Assembly (NCBI GenBank): GCA_947626095.1
Contig: CANQQV010000012.1
Location: 1 to 48,090 of the forward strand
Direction: 5' to 3'
DNA length: 48,090 nt
From: an uncultured Bacilli bacterium
Lineage (GTDB): Bacteria; Bacillota_I; Bacilli_A; RF39; UBA660
Shown here: in pieces, positions 18,216 to 26,371 of the stretch
How positions within the stretch are numbered: the first letter of the stretch is position 1
Layout: the number at the start of each line of letters is the position of its first letter
The notes under the pieces: generated by a model
Database searches by the model: none
Seen by the model: only the letters and a program-made list of their open reading frames with translations
What the model was told of the DNA's origin: nothing
Translations under genes and position numbers: made by a program

Positions 18216-18944
18216 ATGAAAGAATATTATCCATTAATTATAAGTAGTATAGCAGGTTTAGGGACATTACTAGGTAATATCTTATTATTTATTAAAAATA
18301 AAGATAAGAATAAAATATTAGCTTTAGCTTTAGGTTTATCAAGTGCCGTAATGTTTTTAATATCAGTATTAGAATTAATTCCAGAAGGTTTATTATTAGT
18401 AAGTAGGGAAGTTAATTATATTGTTTTATTATTTTATTCGTTAGCTTTACTGTTTATTGGTTTTATAATAGTTAATTTAGTAGATAAGAAAATTAATAGT
18501 ACGGATTCAGTATATAAAATAGGGATTTTAAGTATGATAAGTTTACTAATACATAATATACCGGAAGGGGTAGTGTGTGCTTTAACTAGTTATAGTAATT
18601 TAGATTTAGGTTTAAAAATAAGCTTTATTATAATGGTCCATAATATTACGGAGGGAATAGCTATTTGTTTACCAATTTATTATGCAACAAATAATAAAGT
18701 TAAAGCTTTTTTATTTACCCTATTTAGTGCAGTGGGGGAGATATTTGGAGCTTTAATTACTATTTTATTATTAAAACCATTTATCAGCTCTTTTCTCCTT
18801 TATGTAATATTAATAATTACAGCTGGAATGATGATTAGTTTAAGTATAGGTAAAATATTTGTTGAAGGAATTAAGTTAAAAAAAAATTTATATTTTATGA
18901 TAGGAATCGTAATTGGTATTAGTGTTGTATTATTTACTTTATAG
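18216..18944 (+). CDS. ZIP-family metal transporter (ZupT-like)
   Basis: Multi-TM with HNIPEG and HNITEG motifs. Confidence 0.9.
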   Translation: MKEYYPLIISSIAGLGTLLGNILLFIKNKDKNKILALALGLSSAVMFLISVLELIPEGLLLVSREVNYIVLLFYSLALLFIGFIIVNLVDKKINSTDSVYKIGILSMISLLIHNIPEGVVCALTSYSNLDLGLKISFIIMVHNITEGIAICLPIYYATNNKVKAFLFTLFSAVGEIFGALITILLLKPFISSFLLYVILIITAGMMISLSIGKIFVEGIKLKKNLYFMIGIVIGISVVLFTL

Positions 18945-18982
18945 ATAGAGAATACATAGTTATTTTCTTTAAATTTATTATC

Positions 18983-19010
18983 GGTTAACATAATATATAT
19001 TATACGAAGT
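18983..19010 (-). other. dif-type XerC/D recombination site
   Basis: Minus strand ACTTCGTATAA-TATATA-TTATGTTAACC; 11-6-11 layout close to B. subtilis dif ACTTCCTAGAA-TATATA-TTATGTAAACT; in a long non-coding gap ~1.7 kb from the xer gene. Confidence 0.85.
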
Positions 19011-19149
19011 TAGGTTAAATTATTAAAAGATTACTTAATTACTTATATTATACCTTATTTATAGATGGTTTTGTTACCTATTATTTAGTTATTTTTATTT
19101 ATATAGATGAATAATTGGTTTTTAAAATTAATTTATTAATTATTTTACG

Positions 19150-19178
19150 TTACAACATTTGTTCGTATTATATATAAT
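19150..19178 (+). promoter_or_regulatory. sigmaA-type promoter overlapped by a LexA (Cheo)-box-like site
   Basis: TTACAA(19150-55)-17 bp-TATAAT(19173-78); ACAAC-ATTT-GTTCG (19152-65) versus consensus CGAAC-N4-GTTCG. Confidence 0.45.
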
Positions 19179-19185
19179 ATATTAT

Positions 19186-19435
19186 ATTAGGAATCGAATT
19201 TATAAAAGATGATATCTTCTTCACTTCATGGAATATCCACTATTTAAATTAGGAATCGAGATTTAAAAAGATGATTAGTTCTCCATCTCGAATTCAATTA
19301 TTTTTGGACTATTTTAGAGACTTTTGATAATAGAATGATTATTTATACTATTTTTGCTATTTGCTTTGAAAATAGGTGCTTAAAATTAGGAATCGAGAAT
19401 TCTTTAGATGATTAGTTGTTCATCTCGTGGAATAT
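19186..19435 (+). repeat. Three imperfect ~50-nt direct repeats (possible degenerate fourth near 19313)
   Basis: ATTAGGAATCGA-N9-AGATGAT at 19186, 19248 and 19385, each followed by a pyrimidine-rich segment able to pair back with AGATG(A). Confidence 0.85.
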
Positions 19436-19478
19436 TTTGATTTTAGATGTATTTAGTTATTTTAAAAATAGTTAAGAC

Positions 19479-19522
19479 TCCCCTCTTGAATTTTAATTTT
19501 TGAAGAGGGGACTTTATTTTTT
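19479..19522 (+). terminator. Terminator closing the repeat-containing unit
   Basis: TCCCCTCTT...AAGAGGGGA followed by CTTTATTTTTT. Confidence 0.7.
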
Positions 19523-19705
19523 AAAATTTATAGTTAATTTGATGATTTGTATGTAATTATAATTTTTATAAATTTTAATATTGAGATGTAGTTTATATTG
19601 TTTTTAGTTTGAAAAGAGGAAACGAGATGATTGGATGATCACTTTTTTAATTCTCGTTTCCCCTACTTCCTATGGGTTTTAATAGGGGAATTAAAAAAGA
19701 AAGGA

Positions 19706-20473
19706 TTAAACCTTTCTTGATTGGATTTCAGCAATTTTTTCAAATACTTCAGCAGCATTAGATTCATTAATTTCAGTGTAACCTAATTCTTTTAAAGCTT
19801 GAATCTTAATTGTATTTAATTGTTGAGTACGAGATAATTTTTCTTCATTTTTTTGTTCAATTTCTTGAACGAAACGTTTATGAGATTCTGCTAACTTACT
19901 ACGAGAAGCACCGCCATTATTATATAGCGTTAAAGCTGAGTATAAAATACCTTCAAAAATAAATTGTTTATCTTCTTGGAATTTATATTCTTCAGGATTA
20001 GTAAAGCCAGTTGTTTTACTCATGTAGCCGAATATATATTTAATTTCAGGAACATTATCTAAAGATTGTAATAGATGATATAGGTATAATATCGCATAAT
20101 AGTTTTCTTCATGGTTATCATTAGTTAATTTTTCTTTTAATAAGTAAGTAATATCACTTAATAGGATTTGTGATTCTTTATTTAAACCTTTAAAATCGAA
20201 TTGACTTTCAAATTCACTAGCATTTTTAACTTCTTGATTTAAACGACTTTCAACACTCATTAAGTAATCGGTCGTGATATTAATTTCATCAATATCTTTA
20301 CTATCACTAATATCTAATAATTTAAATAATAATAATTTCTTTTCTTTTGGCCATTTATTAATATCATTTAGCTCTAAATAGTTATATACCATTTGACGAG
20401 ATACTCCTAAATATTTTGCCAATCTAACTTTGGATATTCCTAATTCTTGAAATAATTCATTTAATTTACGCAT
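19706..20473 (-). CDS. Cro/XRE-like helix-turn-helix protein with long helical C-terminal domain
   Basis: ISKVRLAKYLGVSRQMVYNY HTH at N-terminus. Confidence 0.8.
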   Translation of the reverse strand: MRKLNELFQELGISKVRLAKYLGVSRQMVYNYLELNDINKWPKEKKLLLFKLLDISDSKDIDEINITTDYLMSVESRLNQEVKNASEFESQFDFKGLNKESQILLSDITYLLKEKLTNDNHEENYYAILYLYHLLQSLDNVPEIKYIFGYMSKTTGFTNPEEYKFQEDKQFIFEGILYSALTLYNNGGASRSKLAESHKRFVQEIEQKNEEKLSRTQQLNTIKIQALKELGYTEINESNAAEVFEKIAEIQSRKV

Positions 20474-20492
20474 TTTTATCAGTCCCTTTCGA

Positions 20493-20538
20493 ATGTATTT
20501 TACATCTTCATTATATTGCTATACATTCATTATGTCAA
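20493..20538 (-). promoter_or_regulatory. Consensus sigmaA promoter plus palindromic candidate operator
   Basis: TTGACA(20538-33)-17 bp-TATAAT(20515-10); ATGTA-TTT-TACAT at 20493-20505. Confidence 0.75.
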
Positions 20539-20550
20539 GGAAATAGCAAG

Positions 20551-20578
20551 AAAAAACTAGTTATAAAATAACTAGTTA
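20551..20578 (-). terminator. Terminator of the AAA ATPase operon
   Basis: AACTAGTTAT-loop-ATAACTAGTT with U tract on the minus strand. Confidence 0.75.
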
Positions 20579-22072
20579 AGCGTTTTTAGAGGCATTAATG
20601 GCTCTTTCTTGGCCCCATTTTCTAATTTCGTTTATTTTTTCAGGGTTAGTCTTAGATAAGGAAACGACTTTAGATAATTCTTCAGTAATTAAGTTTTCTG
20701 ATAAAGTTAATTCTTTATTAGCAATTAATTTATAAGCAATTGAACGCATGGTAGCTTCAATATCTGAACTAGCAAAGCCAGTAGTTATAGTGACTAATTT
20801 ATTTAGTAAGTTCTCCCCTAGTTCAACTTTTAAGTATTTGCGGGCATACAACTTTAGAAGTTCTAATCTTTCGTTATTATTTGGTAGATCGACAAAGAAG
20901 ATTTCATCAAAACGACCTTTTCTGACTAATTCTGGAGGTAATGATTCAATACTATTAGCTGTAGCGATGACAAAGACTGGTTTTTGGCATTCTTGAAGCC
21001 AAAATAAGAATTGACCAATCATTTTGGAAGTAACACTAGAGTGGGAATCATTTAAACCTTTTTCGATTTCATCAATCCATAGGACACATGGGGAAACGTA
21101 TTCAGCTGTATCTAAAGCTTGTTTTAATTGTCTTTCTGATTGACCAACGTATTCGCCTTGGACGGTAGCTAAATCAAGATGATATAGTGGAATATTGAAG
21201 ATATTAGCAGCAGCTTTAGAGCATAAACTTTTACCACAACCTGGAACACCTGTAAGTAAGATACCTTTTGGCGATGCTACTCCCCTTTTCTGTAGCTCCT
21301 CTTTTTTAGTTGGATCCATTAAAGTCTTTTTTTCATATAACCATTCTTTTAAAGTATCGAGACCAGCAATTTGGAAATTATCATCAATTGGTACAGACTC
21401 TAAACCAGCGATATCACTAAATAAAGTTTGTTTAGCAAATTTTAATTCTTTTAGATCATCTTTAGTAATTGTACCTTTAACAATTAAAGAGGAAATAATA
21501 TTTTTAATTTCCATTTCACTTAAACCTTGTAAGTACGTAGCAGCATTTTTATAATCATTTTCATCCCAATCAATAGTGATCTGGTTATTATATGGTTTGA
21601 TTGTTTCTTTAATACCTTCTAATATTTCAGTATCAGTTGGGAAATTAAGTTTTAAGCTAACACCTAGTCTTTTGATATTCGGCCATACTTCTTCATTAGT
21701 TATAATGATGATTACACCAGATACTTTTTCCGCTTTTTCGGCAATATTTAATAAGTAACGAGAGACAATTGATGATTCGTTAATATCAGATATATCACTA
21801 ATAATAAAGTTATAGTTTTCTTTGTATTTTAATTCGTTAGATAAGGTGTCTAAAGCACTCATTATTGTTTTATCTTCACTAATAACCGTATTAGTTTCTA
21901 AATCAGTAATACCACTAGACATTTCATATAAACTAAATTGATTATTGGTATTTTTAGCGACTTCACTAATTAATCTTATAATACGATTTTTTTCGATAGT
22001 ATTTAAGATAATTATTGGGATACGAGCTTTTAAGTATCTTGTTAAATATTCTTTTACTTCATTATAATTCAT
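20576..22072 (-). CDS. Ycf46-like AAA+ ATPase (degenerate N-terminal domain plus active C-terminal AAA module)
   Basis: [49 protein letters not shown]; likely ATG 22072. Confidence 0.92.
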   Translation of the reverse strand: MNYNEVKEYLTRYLKARIPIIILNTIEKNRIIRLISEVAKNTNNQFSLYEMSSGITDLETNTVISEDKTIMSALDTLSNELKYKENYNFIISDISDINESSIVSRYLLNIAEKAEKVSGVIIIITNEEVWPNIKRLGVSLKLNFPTDTEILEGIKETIKPYNNQITIDWDENDYKNAATYLQGLSEMEIKNIISSLIVKGTITKDDLKELKFAKQTLFSDIAGLESVPIDDNFQIAGLDTLKEWLYEKKTLMDPTKKEELQKRGVASPKGILLTGVPGCGKSLCSKAAANIFNIPLYHLDLATVQGEYVGQSERQLKQALDTAEYVSPCVLWIDEIEKGLNDSHSSVTSKMIGQFLFWLQECQKPVFVIATANSIESLPPELVRKGRFDEIFFVDLPNNNERLELLKLYARKYLKVELGENLLNKLVTITTGFASSDIEATMRSIAYKLIANKELTLSENLITEELSKVVSLSKTNPEKINEIRKWGQERAINASKNA

Positions 22073-22508
22073 TATTATCACTCCATTTTATTCGATTATT
22101 ATTTATGATAAGAGCCATAGCTCCACTTTTATCTTCAATATTAGCTTCTTTGATTAAGATTTCATATGTTTTGTCTGTTTCATCTTTGATGGTATTAATT
22201 AGGGTTTGTTGTTCTTCAGGAGTTAAGATGGTAATATCAATCATTTCTTTAAGATATTTTATTTCTTTTTTAAAATTAACTAAGATGATGTCTAAGTAAT
22301 TAATATCATCAAAGATTGTTGTTAAAGCTGATTTAATCTTTTTGACTGATTCACTAAACTTGTAGATGATGACATCACGATATTTTTCACTTAGAAGTTC
22401 TTGTAAATTACTATTTACGGGAGAATTCTTAAGTTTATTTAATAATTCATTATTATAGTTGGGGGTTTTGAGTTTTTTAAAGAGTTCTAAATATTCTTCG
22501 TATGTCAT
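22062..22508 (-). CDS. Hypothetical helical protein (148 aa) in AAA operon
   Basis: Overlaps both neighbours (translational coupling). Confidence 0.8.
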   Translation of the reverse strand: MTYEEYLELFKKLKTPNYNNELLNKLKNSPVNSNLQELLSEKYRDVIIYKFSESVKKIKSALTTIFDDINYLDIILVNFKKEIKYLKEMIDITILTPEEQQTLINTIKDETDKTYEILIKEANIEDKSGAMALIINNNRIKWSDNNEL

Positions 22509-22654
22509 TTGTTACCTCTATTGATCTTTAAAGGTGGTTCAATGGACCATTCAGGAAGATTAGTTATAACTTCTTTATTTTCTTCAACTTTAGTTGGTTC
22601 TTTAGTTTTAGTAATTTGTGATTCTTCTTTGATCTGTTTTATTTGTTCTTCCAT
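22505..22654 (-). CDS. 49-aa protein with LPEWSIEPP motif (missed by ORF track)
   Basis: MEEQIKQIKEESQITKTKEPTKVEENKEVITNLPEWSIEPPLKINRGNK; starts 1 nt after the upstream stop with AGGTGAG RBS; TGA overlaps the next ATG (ATGA). Confidence 0.85.
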   Translation of the reverse strand: MEEQIKQIKEESQITKTKEPTKVEENKEVITNLPEWSIEPPLKINRGNK

Positions 22655-22655
22655 T

Positions 22656-24323
22656 TTACTCACCTACTATAATATTTCTTTCGTTATTACTTGTAACATA
22701 GTTTTTAGTATTTAAATTGTTAATGAAGACTAATAGTTCTTTGTAATGTTCTTCATTTTCCTTTAATTTATTTTGATAATCAACTATTTGCGCCAACTGT
22801 TTTTCTAAGGTTGTTAGATATGAAGTACGTAGTTTATCTTTAGCAATAGTACGAACTTTATTACGATGATTTAATTTATAAAATAAGATTATGTTGCCAA
22901 TTATTATAATGGCAATTAAGATGGTACTTAGTAAACGATTATTTAAGGTAATAAAGATACCAATGATACCGATGATATTAATAATTAGTAAGATAACAAT
23001 TAAATCTTTATCTTCACTATCAAATTCTTTATCTAAGTATAAGTTAAGATCATTTTTGATTTCGTCCATATTGGTACCATCATTAGTTTTAGTTATAAAG
23101 TTGTCTATTTTAAGTGATATTGGTTCATTATGAACGTTTTCTTTATCTTTAGCTAGGGCTTCTAGTAAGAAGTTTTTGATAAGTGAGATAGCAATTTTGA
23201 TTGTTTCATTACTAACTTGGTAGTGTTGACGATAAATAACGATATTAGTTAATAAACTAAATAAATCTTGTTTACTATTATTTACTTGTTCTTCTTTTTG
23301 ATATAGTTCTTCAGCTTGTTCACGATTACCATTACAAGAGATAATTAATTGATTTTTTAAATTGTCATTTTGATATATATGTTCTTTATCTTCGTATTCA
23401 TAGATTAGGTCGCTAAGTATTTCATTAATTTTTTTGTTAGATTTTTCACTATATATTAAATTAGTTAAATGATCTTTAAGACTTGTATAAGTACTTGTAA
23501 TAGCAAGATTATCTTTTAAGATATTAAGGTTTTCACAATTATTTTCTAAGTATGATAATTTAAAGTCATAGGTTTCATATTGACGAATAAAATCTAACCA
23601 TATTTTGATTTGTTTTTCTTTTAATAAAGTTTCACTATTTAATTTTTTTAACCAGTCATTTATTTTAGCAAAGACTAAGTTTTTAGCTTCATCCCCATAT
23701 GCCCCAGTGGCAACTAAATCAAGTATAACAATGAAGTTTTTATCAAGTTCTAGTGGTGATTCGCTTTCAAGATAGTATTGTAACCAACGAAGAGATGTGG
23801 CATCACGATTTAAGTCTAAATTAATTAAAGAAAAGAAAATTGAAGTTTTAGCACTATCTTTTTGTAAAGCATTTAAGACTTCTTTGTTAGTATTTTCTTT
23901 ATCGTTTAAAAGCCAAGAAATTAGTGCGGCTAATGCATTTGATAACCAGTAGTTGGGATTGTGCATGATAATTTCTTCACGTAGATTTTTAAGATATTCA
24001 CGGTTTATTTTGGATGATTTTAAAGCACTTAGAAGTGATTCAGTTGTTCGTCTTACATCGTCGTAGTAACCATATTTCTTTTCAATAATGGCATTATTAT
24101 ACATTATGGCTTGGCGGGCATTAGAAATAATAGTTGTTTCACGGATTTCTTTAACTAAACCTTTAACTTCATCATTTAAGTTTTCAACTTTTTCTTGAAC
24201 ACGATTGACGTCATTATTAACCGTATTAACATGAGCGATAACACCAGTTAGTTCATCAGCTACTGCTCCAAGATTTTTTTCGATTACATCTAAATTAGCT
24301 GCACTTATTGTTAATGCTTCCAT
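22656..24323 (-). CDS. Coiled-coil protein with C-proximal two-helix membrane hairpin
   Basis: N-terminal heptads, KYGYYDDVRR, PNYWL helical region, two adjacent TM segments near residues 445-485; likely ATG 24323. Confidence 0.85.
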   Translation of the reverse strand: MEALTISAANLDVIEKNLGAVADELTGVIAHVNTVNNDVNRVQEKVENLNDEVKGLVKEIRETTIISNARQAIMYNNAIIEKKYGYYDDVRRTTESLLSALKSSKINREYLKNLREEIIMHNPNYWLSNALAALISWLLNDKENTNKEVLNALQKDSAKTSIFFSLINLDLNRDATSLRWLQYYLESESPLELDKNFIVILDLVATGAYGDEAKNLVFAKINDWLKKLNSETLLKEKQIKIWLDFIRQYETYDFKLSYLENNCENLNILKDNLAITSTYTSLKDHLTNLIYSEKSNKKINEILSDLIYEYEDKEHIYQNDNLKNQLIISCNGNREQAEELYQKEEQVNNSKQDLFSLLTNIVIYRQHYQVSNETIKIAISLIKNFLLEALAKDKENVHNEPISLKIDNFITKTNDGTNMDEIKNDLNLYLDKEFDSEDKDLIVILLIINIIGIIGIFITLNNRLLSTILIAIIIIGNIILFYKLNHRNKVRTIAKDKLRTSYLTTLEKQLAQIVDYQNKLKENEEHYKELLVFINNLNTKNYVTSNNERNIIVGE

Positions 24324-24352
24324 CCTAGCCACCTCTACTTTTAATTATAACA

Positions 24353-24922
24353 TTAAATATGAAGAAATGTCATTAAATAACGATGGATATTAGTATTAAA
24401 GATAAATAGAATAAATTCATAGAAGTATAACATACAACTTAAAAGGAGATATTTTTTAATTAATATTTTAATACGATGGCGATCTTTTTTTTGTTTTTTA
24501 AATAAGTATTTACTAATGGTATATGATAAAGTCATTGTAATACGAATTAAGATTAGTTTAAATAAGGTAGGAATTAAATGGTAGATTGTTGTGTATAGTA
24601 AGGAGAATTTAAGGTTATAGGTTTTTAGGGTATTAAAGATAAATCCAGTAGTAAAAGGTTCATAGTAAAGATGAAAAATATTGATTGGTTCAGGAATGAC
24701 GGTTAAACCACAAATTAAGTAAGTACTGGTTTCTTTTATTCTTTTTAAAATGTTGTTAGTAGTAGTTTCTTGTAGTTCCTCTTCTATATTAATTTGGGTG
24801 ATTATTTCTTCTTTAGTAGTTTCACTTTGCGCATTGTAGTAAAAGTAACCGCTTAGTAAGCCGATTAGACTTAAGATAACGATAAAAAGATAAATATACT
24901 TATATTTATTTAGTTTTTTCAT
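24353..24922 (-). CDS. Diverged SpoIIM-like membrane protein
   Basis: 189 aa multi-TM; IGLLSG, ICGLTVIP, FTTGF and C-terminal YFYEF pattern parallel SpoIIM/DUF95. Confidence 0.55.
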   Translation of the reverse strand: MKKLNKYKYIYLFIVILSLIGLLSGYFYYNAQSETTKEEIITQINIEEELQETTTNNILKRIKETSTYLICGLTVIPEPINIFHLYYEPFTTGFIFNTLKTYNLKFSLLYTTIYHLIPTLFKLILIRITMTLSYTISKYLFKKQKKDRHRIKILIKKYLLLSCMLYFYEFILFIFNTNIHRYLMTFLHI

Positions 24923-24995
24923 ATTCTCACCTATTAAATAATATTTACTTAAAGATTAAAATATGTTAAATTATATATAGTTTTGAGGTGAAAAG

Positions 24996-25217
24996 ATGAG
25001 TAGTAATAAAAAGAATAAGAAAGTTAAAGAAGAAAGTTTAGAGCTTGAAGAGAAATCTTTAAAGAAAAAAGAAGAAAATACTAAACCTAAAAAGAAGAAA
25101 AAAATGACCACAGCCCAAAAAAATAAATTAATTATGCAAGTGGCTGCTTGGGCATTGGCTATTATTATGATATTAGGTGTTTTAGTATCAATTTTTGCTC
25201 CTTTATTTTATCAATAA
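24996..25217 (+). CDS. Small tail-anchored membrane protein (DUF4044-like)
   Basis: Lys-rich N-terminus and single C-terminal TM; RBS GAGGTG. Confidence 0.7.
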   Translation: MSSNKKNKKVKEESLELEEKSLKKKEENTKPKKKKKMTTAQKNKLIMQVAAWALAIIMILGVLVSIFAPLFYQ

Positions 25218-25247
25218 AAAAATAATGATTTGCGAATCATTATTTTT
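25216..25247. terminator. Bidirectional terminator
   Basis: AAAAATAATGATT-TGCG-AATCATTATTTTT. Confidence 0.8.
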
Positions 25248-25716
25248 ATTTTTGCTTTTTTAGTAAATCTCTTATTTCTTCTAGTAGAACTACTTCATCA
25301 GATTTAACTGGTTCAGCTGGTTTTTCTTCTTCCTCTTTTTTCTTATTAAAGAAACGATTAATAAATTTAATTATGATGAAGATACATAAAGCAGTTAATA
25401 GGAAGTCAACGGTATTTTGAATAAATTCACCATATTTTAAAACTACTTCACGGCCCCAGACATTGATGCGGCAAACTAAATCGGTAAAGTTAAAACCACC
25501 AACAACAACACCAACTATTGGCATTAAAATGTTGTTTGTTAAACTTGTAACAATATTTGAGAAAGCACCACCGATGATAACACCAACGGCTAAATCCATG
25601 ACGTTACCACGAGCAATGAAAGTTTTAAATTCAGATATAAAACCACTACTCTTCTTTTTAATATCTTGTAATTCATTTTCTAGATGAATACTTTTTTTAC
25701 TACTTTTTTTACTCAT
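25246..25716 (-). CDS. mscL: Large-conductance mechanosensitive channel
   Basis: EFKTFIARGNVMDLAVGVIIGGAF, YGEFI, LLEEIRDLL. Confidence 0.97.
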   Translation of the reverse strand: MSKKSSKKSIHLENELQDIKKKSSGFISEFKTFIARGNVMDLAVGVIIGGAFSNIVTSLTNNILMPIVGVVVGGFNFTDLVCRINVWGREVVLKYGEFIQNTVDFLLTALCIFIIIKFINRFFNKKKEEEEKPAEPVKSDEVVLLEEIRDLLKKQK

Positions 25717-25727
25717 ACTCTACACCT

Positions 25728-26351
25728 TTACTTAATATAATCTTTATTATTTCTTTTTATTTCTGCGAAGTCATCATCTAATTTATTGTATGCATCGTAG
25801 AAGGCATATCTAACTTCGGAATTGATGTCATTATTATCAATTATTCCGTTGAAATTGTCAAGGGCATCCTTTAAGTCAGTTATGTATCTTTCTTCTAGCA
25901 TGTATTCGACAACTTCTAGGAGTAAGTCTCGATTAGCAAAAAGGAAGTCATAAGCGTTATATACTTCACCCATAGCGGCGTATGCGACTTGTTCAATCAT
26001 TTCGTATGGGCTTAGTTCTAAACGTTCGATTCTTTTTTGGTTAATTAAAAATTCATCGTCGGTAATAGTAAAGTCTTTTCCACGTAGACCAAAAGAAGCC
26101 ATACAGTATTTAACTAAGATATGCGCCAGATCATCTTGTTGAAGCATCATCGCTTTTTTACGGGCATTATTGATATTAGAAATATATGTATATTTATTAC
26201 CTTCAGGTTGAGTTTCTTCATCAAAGACACTATCATCATCAAATAGAACATATCTAATAGCTAAAATGGCATTGTTGTAGCCTTGAGATTCTTTAGTTGC
26301 ATAGAAAATATCATCAAGATCTTTAATACGACATAAAGCTAAATCTTCCAT
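25728..26351 (-). CDS. Hypothetical acidic protein (207 aa)
   Basis: Clean ORF with AGGTGA RBS; no motif recognised. Confidence 0.8.
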   Translation of the reverse strand: MEDLALCRIKDLDDIFYATKESQGYNNAILAIRYVLFDDDSVFDEETQPEGNKYTYISNINNARKKAMMLQQDDLAHILVKYCMASFGLRGKDFTITDDEFLINQKRIERLELSPYEMIEQVAYAAMGEVYNAYDFLFANRDLLLEVVEYMLEERYITDLKDALDNFNGIIDNNDINSEVRYAFYDAYNKLDDDFAEIKRNNKDYIK

Positions 26352-26371
26352 CTAATCACCTACTATATTTA

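Noticed and set aside
19001-19013. loxP half-site TATACGAAGTTA suggesting an engineered sequence
   Set aside because: Only one arm matches; the other arm and the 6-bp core fit a natural dif site
19160-19187. Second, inverted dif-like site (20/28 match to the first)
   Set aside because: Matches are mostly TA-rich, the XerD arm TTATGT is broken, and the segment is better explained as promoter plus LexA-like box
19186-19435. Canonical CRISPR array
   Set aside because: Only 3-4 imperfect units, no 30-40-nt unique spacers between identical repeats, and no cas genes in the window
22509-22715. 68-aa + strand ORF in the track
   Set aside because: Antisense shadow of the coupled 49-aa minus-strand gene; no RBS
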